Source of the DNA: a virus
IMG/VR virus record: IMGVR_UViG_3300045988_059397
Length of the DNA: 47,736 bases
Reading direction: 5' to 3' (one strand)
Positions 26,525 to 33,588 of this stretch are shown in pieces (the stretch's first letter is position 1; every line of letters begins with the position of its first letter). Below the pieces are notes generated by a model, which was not told the origin of the DNA, did not search any database, and saw only the letters and a list, made by a program, of their open reading frames with translations. Made by a program: the position numbers and the translations under genes.

Positions 26525-27034
26525 TCATTCCTCTGTGGCGTCGTCCTCTGCTGGATCCTCGCCGCCATCGCTCTGCGCCGCCTCAGCAGCGGCCAGCTCG
26601 GCCTCGGTCGGGTGGAAGCGGACAACATAGCCGTTGACATCATAGAAGCCGCCGAGGGCGACCGTGAAGATGTCCACGATCCAACCGATCCCGAAGAAGC
26701 CAGCCGTCAGCGTCCAGATGACCCCGGTGCCAATCTTCCCCACATAGTAGCGGTGCACACCGAGCACCCCGAGGAAAATGCACAACGGCAGGACGACCGC
26801 TTTGCTTTTCGGTGAGGTGGGGCGCTGTGCTGCCGGCACGCTGGCCGGCCGGCCGCCACTGGTCGTGTACGACAGGCCCGTGCCGGGCACTCCGACGGTC
26901 GTGTGGCTTTTCCCGGTCGTGCTGACTGTGTGCTTCAGGCCCTTCGGGCCGAAGGTGACGCTCGCGCTCTTTTTATTCAAGTTCACACGGACGCCGGGAG
27001 CGATCTTAATACTGCGCCGGAAACGTAAACCCAT
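26525..27034 (-). CDS. DUF4236-like plus TM2-domain membrane protein (moron; the only convincing minus-strand gene)
   Basis: 169 aa. N-terminus 'MGLRFRRSIKIAPGVRVNLNKKSASVTFG' is DUF4236-like. 'LCIFLGVLGVHRYYVGKIGTGVIWTLTAGFFGIGWIVD' is a TM2 motif. RBS AAAAGGAGG on the minus strand. Confidence 0.75.
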   Translation of the reverse strand: MGLRFRRSIKIAPGVRVNLNKKSASVTFGPKGLKHTVSTTGKSHTTVGVPGTGLSYTTSGGRPASVPAAQRPTSPKSKAVVLPLCIFLGVLGVHRYYVGKIGTGVIWTLTAGFFGIGWIVDIFTVALGGFYDVNGYVVRFHPTEAELAAAEAAQSDGGEDPAEDDATEE

Positions 27035-27092
27035 TGAAAAAACCTCCTTTTCGTCTGTCCTATTGCGTTTTTTAGTATTTAGTCATCTTTGG

Positions 27093-27104
27093 GATAATAT
27101 TATC
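27093..27104. promoter_or_regulatory. Perfect 12-bp palindrome GATAATATTATC in the divergent AT-rich intergenic region (candidate operator or overlapping -10 boxes)
   Basis: Read directly from the sequence. Lies between the divergent genes 26525..27034(-) and 27178..27420(+). Confidence 0.4.
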
Positions 27105-27177
27105 ACGGGCGGCGTGTTATTGTCAACTTGCACTACCCATCTTTGGCATAAGTGACAGAAAAGGAGGCGGCGCGTAT

Positions 27178-27420
27178 TTGAAAATATACAGGCCAGAAGG
27201 CCGGTGCAATATCTCAGGCGAGCGCGTCCGCGCAGCCAGAGAGCGGGCCGGCATCTCGCAGGAGCGCCTCGCGTACAAGATCCAGATCGCGGGGCTCGAC
27301 ATCACGCAGAAGGCCATCAGCAGGATCGAGACCGGCGACCGCATTGTCGCCGACTATGAGCTCGAGTACCTCGCCGACGCCCTCGGCGTGACCATCTACT
27401 ACCTGCTCGGAAAAGAATGA
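27178..27420 (+). CDS. XRE-family HTH transcriptional regulator
   Basis: 80 aa, TTG start 10 nt after AAAGGAGG. 'ERVRAARERAGISQERLAYKI...QKAISRIETGDR' is an HTH_3-type motif. Confidence 0.7.
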   Translation: MKIYRPEGRCNISGERVRAARERAGISQERLAYKIQIAGLDITQKAISRIETGDRIVADYELEYLADALGVTIYYLLGKE

Positions 27421-27421
27421 A

Positions 27422-27457
27422 AGCAGCGCAGCCAGAGCGGCCGCGCTGCTTTTCTCT
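27422..27457 (+). terminator. Terminator-like hairpin after the first XRE gene
   Basis: AGCAGCGC...GCGCTGCT followed by tttctctt. Confidence 0.5.
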
Positions 27458-27468
27458 TGTCTCCCCTC

Positions 27469-27497
27469 TTGACTTTATACAACAAATGTTGTATAGT
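27469..27497 (+). promoter_or_regulatory. Sigma-70-type promoter (TTGACT-17 nt-TATAGT) with an embedded 9-bp inverted repeat operator (27476-27495)
   Basis: TTGACT at 27469-74 and TATAGT at 27492-97. TATACAACAaaTGTTGTATA spans the spacer and the -10 box. Confidence 0.65.
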
Positions 27498-27531
27498 AAA
27501 GACACACGAAACAAAAGGGGAGGCGCTCAAC

Positions 27532-27783
27532 ATGGAAACGATCACCACCGGGAAACGCCTGAAGGCGCTGCGAGAGGATCGCGGCCTGTCTCAGTCGCAG
27601 CTCGCCAAGAAGGCCGACATCAACAGCCGAGTGCTCCAGACCTACGAGCAAGACGACAGAGACATCGCGGGGGCGAAGCTGAAAACGCTCCTCAAGGTCT
27701 GCGTCGCTCTGGAGTGCCGGCTCGAGGACATCGTCACAGACGACGAGACGCTGGCACTGATCGCGGCATACAACAGGCGATGA
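27532..27783 (+). CDS. XRE-family HTH regulator (Cro/CI-like)
   Basis: 83 aa. 'GKRLKALREDRGLSQSQLAKKADINSRVLQTYEQ' is an HTH motif. ATG after AAAGGGGAGG. Confidence 0.75.
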   Translation: METITTGKRLKALREDRGLSQSQLAKKADINSRVLQTYEQDDRDIAGAKLKTLLKVCVALECRLEDIVTDDETLALIAAYNRR

Positions 27784-27788
27784 CAACG

Positions 27789-27816
27789 AAGGGCGGCCAG
27801 CCGGCCGCCCTTTTTT
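27789..27816 (+). terminator. Rho-independent terminator
   Basis: aaGGGCGGCCagccGGCCGCCCtttttt. Confidence 0.8.
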
Positions 27817-27837
27817 CTATTTCACGGAGGGATCACC

Positions 27838-28887
27838 ATGGGGAAACACTTCAGCCACCTGACACCAACGCAGCGCACGCAGATCGACGCCTTCAGGCGC
27901 GCCGGCATGAAGGTCGTGGACATCGCCAAGGAGGTCGGCGTCCATTACACCACCATCTACCGGGAGCTCAAGCGGTGCACCTATGAACACCTGAACAGCG
28001 ACTACACGACCGAGATCCGATACAACCCCGACGGGGCGCAGGCTCGGTATGAGGCCAACCTGCGGGCGAAGGGCCCGGAGCTGAAGATCGGCAACGACTA
28101 CGAGCTCGCCGACTACCTGATCGGCAAGATCCGGGACGAGAAGTACAGCCCCGAGGCAGCCATCGGAGAGGCCGAGGTCTGCGGCTGGCCCTTCCGGGTG
28201 CATATCTGCGCGAGCACGGCCTACAACTACATCCGGGCCGAGATCTTCGGCGACGATCTCACCGTGGAAATGCTGCCGCAGCATGGCAAGCGCCGCCGGA
28301 AGCCCGAGCGGCCAGAGGGCAGCATCCCCCGCAAGCCGGCCGGCAAGAGCATAGAAAAGCGGCCGGAGATCGTCGACACGCGCACGACCTTCGGCCACTG
28401 GGAGATGGACAGCCTCGAGAGCGGCAAGGGCTTCAAGCGGACGTGGCTCATGCTGACCGAGCGCAAGACCCGCCGGGAGATCATCGTCCCCATGAAGGAC
28501 AAGACCAGCGAGAGCGTCGTCCGGGCCCTGAACGGCATCGAGCGGAAGCTGGGCGCCCTGTTCCCCCGGATCTTCGTGACCATCACCTGCGACAACGGCA
28601 CCGAGTTCGCAGACGCCGATGGCATCGAAAGCAAGCGCCGCGGGAAGGGCAAGCGCACGACCGTCTACTACTGCCACCCGTACACCCCGAGCGAGCGCGG
28701 CACCAATGAAAACCAAAACGGACTGATCCGGCGACTCGTCCCGAAGGGGACAGACCTCGCCACCCTCTCGCCCCAAGAGGTAAAGGCCGCCGAGGCATGG
28801 CTCAACAGCTACCCCCGCAAAATGTTCGGTTTTCTGTGCTCCGAGCAGCTTTTCAGGGAGGAGCTGGCCCTCATTCTGGCCCGCTGA
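27838..28887 (+). CDS. IS30-family DDE transposase/integrase
   Basis: 349 aa. N-terminal HTH 'LTPTQRTQIDAFRRAGMKVVDIAKEVGVHYTTIYRELKR'. DDE core with 'HWEMDS', 'TCDNGTEF' and 'YYCHPYTPSERGTNENQNGLIRR', typical of IS30. Confidence 0.85.
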   Translation: MGKHFSHLTPTQRTQIDAFRRAGMKVVDIAKEVGVHYTTIYRELKRCTYEHLNSDYTTEIRYNPDGAQARYEANLRAKGPELKIGNDYELADYLIGKIRDEKYSPEAAIGEAEVCGWPFRVHICASTAYNYIRAEIFGDDLTVEMLPQHGKRRRKPERPEGSIPRKPAGKSIEKRPEIVDTRTTFGHWEMDSLESGKGFKRTWLMLTERKTRREIIVPMKDKTSESVVRALNGIERKLGALFPRIFVTITCDNGTEFADADGIESKRRGKGKRTTVYYCHPYTPSERGTNENQNGLIRRLVPKGTDLATLSPQEVKAAEAWLNSYPRKMFGFLCSEQLFREELALILAR

Positions 28888-28918
28888 AAAATTTTTTAGA
28901 CTTTTTTAGCATTTACCC

Positions 28919-28947
28919 TTGACAAACGGCAACGCCCTCTGTATTAT
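28919..28947 (+). promoter_or_regulatory. Near-consensus sigma-70 promoter (TTGACA-17 nt-TATTAT)
   Basis: TTGACA at 28919-24 and TATTAT at 28942-47, in an AT-rich spacer after the transposase gene. Confidence 0.6.
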
Positions 28948-28950
28948 TAA

Positions 28951-28993
28951 ATGCACAGAGACTCAACTGAGTCGCCTGTGCATTTTTCTTTTT
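28951..28993 (+). terminator. Strong hairpin plus U-tract immediately downstream of the promoter
   Basis: ATGCACAGaGACTCAacTGAGTCgcCTGTGCAT followed by ttttcttttt. Confidence 0.65.
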
Positions 28994-29015
28994 ATATCGA
29001 CCCCATAAGACGGAG

Positions 29016-29282
29016 GTGAGACCGACGGGAAAATACCGCTACCTGACCTTCGAGGACAGGAAGAAGATCGAGGCGTGGCACCTGATCGGAGACCGGCCGG
29101 CCGACATCGCGGCCCGCCTCTCCGTCCACTACACCACGATCTACAAGGAGCTCCAGCGCGGCGCGACCGGCGAGCTGGACGCAAACCAGCGCGAGGGGTA
29201 CAGCGCAGAGCTGGCCGAGAGGCGGCTCCGCGAGAGCTTCAAGCGCAGGGGAAAGAAATCGGTCGCAACCCTCGCACAGTAG
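29016..29282 (+). CDS. Stand-alone IS30-type N-terminal HTH protein (truncated paralog of the transposase DNA-binding region)
   Basis: 88 aa. 'YLTFEDRKKIEAWHLIGDRPADIAARLSVHYTTIYKELQRG' parallels aa 6-46 of the transposase. No DDE domain. The GTG start abuts GGAGG, so the start is uncertain. Confidence 0.55.
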   Translation: MRPTGKYRYLTFEDRKKIEAWHLIGDRPADIAARLSVHYTTIYKELQRGATGELDANQREGYSAELAERRLRESFKRRGKKSVATLAQ

Positions 29283-29482
29283 CCAAGAACACCCGGCACC
29301 GCCGGGCCGAAGAAAGGAGATGGCCCCATGAAACAGACGAACACGACCCCGACGCTGAAGATGGACAAGCTGCGCGCCTGCGCTGCTTCCTGATCGCCGC
29401 CGGCGGCCGTGTTTTTCGTTTTCAGGGAGCCAAGCCAAGCACCCCGGCCGAGGCCGGGCCAAGACGAAAGGAGCAAAACACC

Positions 29483-30067
29483 ATGATGATCGAAGAATTT
29501 GAGCAGCGCACCGGCTACTTCCCCTCCTCTGCCGAATACAAGGCCATCGAGGCCGCCTACATGGAGTTCGATGGAGACAAGGACGAGTTCTGCAAGGCGT
29601 ACAAGAAAAACGCCAACGGCATCGCCGAGCGCATCCGGCGGGAAGTCAATGCAGCAGCCTTCAAGGAAAGCCGCCAGCACACCGCAGACCTGACTCGCCG
29701 CGACATCGAGATCGAGCGACTGAAGAAGCAGCTCGAGCGAGAGCAGGAGTGGAAGCCATACGAGGACGCTGACGCCGTCAGCCAAGCGGACTACGACGAG
29801 CTCGCCACCTCGGGCGGCACGGACAAGATGACCGACGACGAGGCCAAGGCCCTCCTCTACAACTGGTACGGCTTCGCAAAGGAGATGGTCGTGATCCTGC
29901 GCACCGCTCCCATCTACGAGATCAACCGGCACCGCCAACTCAGGGAAGTCGGAGCGGTTGATCGTGCCCCCCTCTACAATTCCACCGACTGGAATTACAT
30001 CCGCTTTACCTGCGGCCGCATGAGCTACGAGCTCTACAACGACACCCTGCGGCCGTGCGCGAGCTGA
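29483..30067 (+). CDS. Hypothetical early protein
   Basis: 194 aa. ATG 8 nt after AAAGGAGC. Coding-type codon bias. Confidence 0.55.
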   Translation: MMIEEFEQRTGYFPSSAEYKAIEAAYMEFDGDKDEFCKAYKKNANGIAERIRREVNAAAFKESRQHTADLTRRDIEIERLKKQLEREQEWKPYEDADAVSQADYDELATSGGTDKMTDDEAKALLYNWYGFAKEMVVILRTAPIYEINRHRQLREVGAVDRAPLYNSTDWNYIRFTCGRMSYELYNDTLRPCAS

Positions 30068-30080
30068 GGAGGTGAGAAAA

Positions 30081-30635
30081 GTGAAGCAAGGCATCACCAT
30101 CACCCGAGAATATGACCACCACGACCGGCCGGTCGTCAGGATCACCAAGAGACGCGGGAAGCTGACCCTCGAGGAGGTCAGCGACCTGCTCCGCACCGAG
30201 GGATGGGGCGAGTGGAACGGCTACTACGCCATCGTCCTCAACTGTTCAGAGGGAACGCTCGGCGGCAACGGCCTCTACGGCTACGAGGAGCCGAAGGGCG
30301 ACGCCCTCGACCTCTACCCGCTCGAAAACTTCGGTGACTGCCCCGTCTGCGGGCAAATGACCCCGCCATTTCAATACTGCCCCAACTGTGGAGCGAGCTG
30401 GAAGGAGATGGACGACACCGTCGAGAAGCGTCTCGCCGCTATGCGGGAGGAGACGGAGCGGGAGATCCGCAAGCCGTCGCTCACGCCGGAGGCCCGTGTA
30501 GCGTGGTACTGGTCGTACATCGGCGCCGTGGATATGGCCCATCAGCTCGAGTTCATAACCGACGCCCGCCGGCTCGAGCTGTATGACGAGGTCAAGCGCC
30601 TCAAGCCTGTGAGGAAGGAGGCCGACCATGACTGA
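30081..30635 (+). CDS. Hypothetical protein with zinc-ribbon (CPVCG...CPNCG)
   Basis: GTG at 30081 lies 8 nt after GAGGAGG; the ORF is open from 30072. Confidence 0.5.
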   Translation: MKQGITITREYDHHDRPVVRITKRRGKLTLEEVSDLLRTEGWGEWNGYYAIVLNCSEGTLGGNGLYGYEEPKGDALDLYPLENFGDCPVCGQMTPPFQYCPNCGASWKEMDDTVEKRLAAMREETEREIRKPSLTPEARVAWYWSYIGAVDMAHQLEFITDARRLELYDEVKRLKPVRKEADHD

Positions 30636-30900
30636 CGGCTTCAAGTTCGACACCTCTCTGCTCTGCCGGGCCTCGTTCCCGGCCGAGCTGGAGGAAGACG
30701 GCGGCCGCTGCATCGTGGAGGTGACGGTCTACCGGCTGAACGCCGTGGCCGTCCACACCTTCCTGATGGACGGGCCCGAGCCGCTGCTGCGGCACCTCGG
30801 GCTCTCCGAGGCTGACACCTACATCACCAAGCACGACATCGACGACCTCGTCACGGTCGTCCGCATCATCAGAGAGGAGGCACCAGCATGGCAGCATTGA
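30628..30900 (+). CDS. Hypothetical protein
   Basis: 90 aa. ATG after AAGGAGG, overlapping the preceding stop. Confidence 0.5.
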   Translation: MTDGFKFDTSLLCRASFPAELEEDGGRCIVEVTVYRLNAVAVHTFLMDGPEPLLRHLGLSEADTYITKHDIDDLVTVVRIIREEAPAWQH

Positions 30901-31730
30901 AAGAAATCGCCCGGGAGTACGCCAGCGAGATCCGCGACGGGATCGGCTGGGTAATCGTCTACCGCACCGGCCGCTCGTGGCACGCCCTGACCGTCTGGAG
31001 CGACCTCAGCAACAACGAGTGGGAGACCGACGACATCAACGACTCTCTCGAGGCCCTGCGCCTCGACCCCCGGGCCGTGGCCCTGAACGGCTACTACCTC
31101 GGCCACTTCGGCGACATGACCATCGAGGACATCGCCGCCGGCATCCGCTACCACTACGAGCGCGGCACCAACGCGCTCGCAGATGATGACATCCTCACAC
31201 AGGCCCGGGCCGACATCGAGGCGGCCCGGAAGCAGGCCGCCGAGGCCGGGCTTCCCTTCAGCGAGCGTCTGGTGGATGGCCCGGAGGACGAGCTCAACCC
31301 CTACATATACGACGGCAGCATGACCGCCGAGGACTACAACGCCATGCAGCAGGCCAGAGACACCCACGCCGCCCTCGTCGAGGTTGTGACCGACCACTAC
31401 CCAAACGCCGACGAGGAGGCCATCGAGCGCATCGCAGAGGCCGCCAGCAGCATGAAGCTCAGCCCGGAGGCCGTGCAGCGGATCCTCGACGCCTTCGACA
31501 GGATCACGGAAACCATCAAGGATCTCTGTGAGTGGGCCGCTCAGACCATCAGGACGCTCGCGGACTTCTTCACCGAGACGCTCGGCGACTTCATGCTGCG
31601 TCGGGCCCCGCCCAAGTGGCGCCACTACGCCCTCCACGCGAAGCGGGCCCGCGTCCGCAAGAAATACCGCAACCGCATCCGGCGGGCCTTCTTCGCTGCG
31701 CTGGCTTCGGAAGGGGGTGGAAGCTCGTGA
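30888..31730 (+). CDS. Hypothetical protein (acidic N-terminal region, basic C-terminus)
   Basis: 280 aa ORF with RBS GAGAGGAGG. Confidence 0.5.
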   Translation: MAALKEIAREYASEIRDGIGWVIVYRTGRSWHALTVWSDLSNNEWETDDINDSLEALRLDPRAVALNGYYLGHFGDMTIEDIAAGIRYHYERGTNALADDDILTQARADIEAARKQAAEAGLPFSERLVDGPEDELNPYIYDGSMTAEDYNAMQQARDTHAALVEVVTDHYPNADEEAIERIAEAASSMKLSPEAVQRILDAFDRITETIKDLCEWAAQTIRTLADFFTETLGDFMLRRAPPKWRHYALHAKRARVRKKYRNRIRRAFFAALASEGGGSS

Positions 31731-31906
31731 AGTTCAAGTGCGTCGGCTGCGGGCTTTACTGGAATGTGAGCGTATACCAGCAGATCCCCCGCGGCGGCTA
31801 CATCTGCCCGCATTGTGAGAGCCGGCTGCGCGCCGGCGAGACATTACCCAACCAGCGGCCCGGCCAGAACGACCGGCCGCAGACAACGAAAGGAGCAAAA
31901 CCATGA
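31727..31906 (+). CDS. Small zinc-ribbon protein
   Basis: 59 aa. GTGA start/stop overlap. 'CVGCG...CPHCE'. Confidence 0.4.
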   Translation: MKFKCVGCGLYWNVSVYQQIPRGGYICPHCESRLRAGETLPNQRPGQNDRPQTTKGAKP

Positions 31907-32601
31907 AGAAAGCCCTCAAGGCCGCCGCCCGCGGCACCATCTTCCCCTATGCTGGCGAGAAATGGGTCGCGCTGGAGCACGAAGCCAGCGGCCGCACCCT
32001 CTGTCTGCGCCTCGACCTGATCCCAAACAAGCCCTTTGACGAGAACAACTGCAACAACTTCGCAACCTCCAGCAGCAAAGAGTGGATGAACGGCCCCTAC
32101 CTCGACAACCTGATCGACGCCGTAAAGGGCCCGCACGCCTTCCTCACCACCGAGCTCGACCTGACGGCCGACGACGGCCTGAAGGACTACGGCACCTGCA
32201 CCGTCACCATCTTCTCGCTGACCGTTGACCAGTACCGGCGCAACCGCGATGTCATCCCCAACGCGGACGACTGGTGGTGGCTCTCTACCGCATACAGCAC
32301 CGAGGCCAATGGGTACGAGCATAGCGCCCGCAGCGTCTATTCCGACGGCACGCTGTACTGGGACGGCGCCTACCACGGCGACCGCGGCCTGCGCCCCGCT
32401 TGCTATCTGGACTCCGATCTCCTGATCTCCGTCGACAGCGAGGACACCGGCATCGGCCCGCAGGAGGCCGGCACCATCGTCGCGGAGCTGGTCGAGCAGT
32501 TCGGCGGCTCCTACGCCACCGGGGAGCAGTTCGCGGCCGAGGTCTCTTTCCTGCTCGGGAAGCTGCGGGCCATCCGGGAGAAGGAGGCGGCCCATGAGTA
32601 A
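31903..32601 (+). CDS. DGR target protein 2: stand-alone paralog of the variable domain of target 1
   Basis: 232 aa. VR2 encodes aa 141-167 ('SARSVYSDGTLYWDGAYHGDRGLRPAC'). Shares with target 1 the '(L/M)N(G/S)', 'FSL(T/S)' and 'WW(W)L' landmarks and the post-VR 'L(D/S)SDLL(I/V)S' motif. No obvious signal peptide. Confidence 0.8.
   Translation: MKKALKAAARGTIFPYAGEKWVALEHEASGRTLCLRLDLIPNKPFDENNCNNFATSSSKEWMNGPYLDNLIDAVKGPHAFLTTELDLTADDGLKDYGTCTVTIFSLTVDQYRRNRDVIPNADDWWWLSTAYSTEANGYEHSARSVYSDGTLYWDGAYHGDRGLRPACYLDSDLLISVDSEDTGIGPQEAGTIVAELVEQFGGSYATGEQFAAEVSFLLGKLRAIREKEAAHE
32323..32401 (+). repeat. DGR variable repeat 2 (VR2), remote from the RT
   Basis: 67/79 identical to TR 20131-20209. 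All 12 mismatches lie at TR adenines: 20132, 41, 46, 64, 67, 70, 73, 74, 82, 88, 91, 92. Confidence 0.9.
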
Positions 32602-33304
32602 CCTCTCCAGCCTGCTCGACCGCTACAAGGCCCTCGTCATTTTCGACACGGAGACCAGCGGCCTCAACCCGGGAGACAACCAGATCATCGAGCTCGCGGC
32701 GCTGCGTGTGGAGCGCACACAGACCGGGGCCCTGCGGATCGCTGGCAAGATGGACACCTTCATCAAGCTGCCAGAGGGTGAGAAGCTCCCCGAGAACATC
32801 GTCACCCTCACCGGGATCACCGACCGGCTGCTGGAGGCTGAGGGCGTGCAGAGTGGCACGGCCGTCAGCCGCTTCCTCAAGCTGGTCAAGCCCGGCCCTG
32901 TGCTGATGGTAGCCCACAACGCGCAGTTTGACGCTTGTTTTCTGCGGGAGCTGCTGCGGGGCTTCAATCCCGGGCACCTCGACTGGCTGGACAGCCTGAC
33001 GGTCTACAAAGACCGGCGCGCCTACCCTCACAAGCTCGCCAACGCGATCATCGCCTACGAGCTCGAGGACAAGGTGCAGAACAGCCACCGAGCCATCGAC
33101 GACGTGCTCGCCCTGTTCGAGGTGCTGAAGGCCATGGACGAGGAACGGGACGACCTCGGCAGCTATGTCAACCTGTTCGGCTATAACCCCAAGTACGGCG
33201 TCAGCGGCCGCCGGATCACCGGCGTGCGCTATGAGCCGCAGGGCTTCAACAAGAGCATCACGCGCCCCGAGCAGACGCTCCCGGCCCGGATGTCACGGAG
33301 GTGA
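32594..33304 (+). CDS. DnaQ-like DEDDh 3'-5' exonuclease
   Basis: 236 aa. ExoI 'VIFDTETSGL', ExoII 'MVAHNAQFDACFL', ExoIII 'HRAIDDVLA'. Confidence 0.8.
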   Translation: MSNLSSLLDRYKALVIFDTETSGLNPGDNQIIELAALRVERTQTGALRIAGKMDTFIKLPEGEKLPENIVTLTGITDRLLEAEGVQSGTAVSRFLKLVKPGPVLMVAHNAQFDACFLRELLRGFNPGHLDWLDSLTVYKDRRAYPHKLANAIIAYELEDKVQNSHRAIDDVLALFEVLKAMDEERDDLGSYVNLFGYNPKYGVSGRRITGVRYEPQGFNKSITRPEQTLPARMSRR

Positions 33305-33309
33305 AGAAC

Positions 33310-33576
33310 ATGGCCCCGGCCATCACCATCACGAGCGAGGAGCTGCGCGAGCGTGTCGAGGAGCACCTCGGACACTGGATCCCCGACAGCCTGTGGGAAC
33401 GCTCCGAGCCCTATGCCCGCAGGAAGCTCGACCTCTGCCGTGAGCGCAGCCCGGAGATCGACTACTACAACGACGAGTACCTCGTCCTGCTGACCGCCGA
33501 CACCGTCAGGGAGACCGCGTTCAGCGACTTCACAATCGCAGCCTGCGAGGCCCTCATGACGGCCCGGGGCCAGTGA
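33310..33576 (+). CDS. Hypothetical protein
   Basis: 88 aa. ATG 8 nt after GGAGG. Confidence 0.45.
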   Translation: MAPAITITSEELRERVEEHLGHWIPDSLWERSEPYARRKLDLCRERSPEIDYYNDEYLVLLTADTVRETAFSDFTIAACEALMTARGQ

Positions 33577-33588
33577 AAGGAGAAAACC

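Noticed and set aside
27784-29015. Searched the flanks of the IS30-family transposase gene for terminal inverted repeats and short target-site duplications that would define a discrete IS.
   Set aside because: No convincing inverted-repeat pair was found by eye. The left flank is occupied by a terminator only about 20 nt from the start codon. I therefore did not annotate a bounded mobile element, only the CDS. A computational inverted-repeat search could overturn this.
29328-29425. A 21-codon mini-ORF (MKQTNTTPTLKMDKLRACAAS) with an RBS, followed by a GCCGCCGGCGGC palindrome and a T-rich run. This could be a leader-peptide attenuator.
   Set aside because: The hairpin is short with essentially no loop, the T-run is interrupted, and there is no codon-run signature of a sensing leader peptide. 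The evidence is too weak to call.
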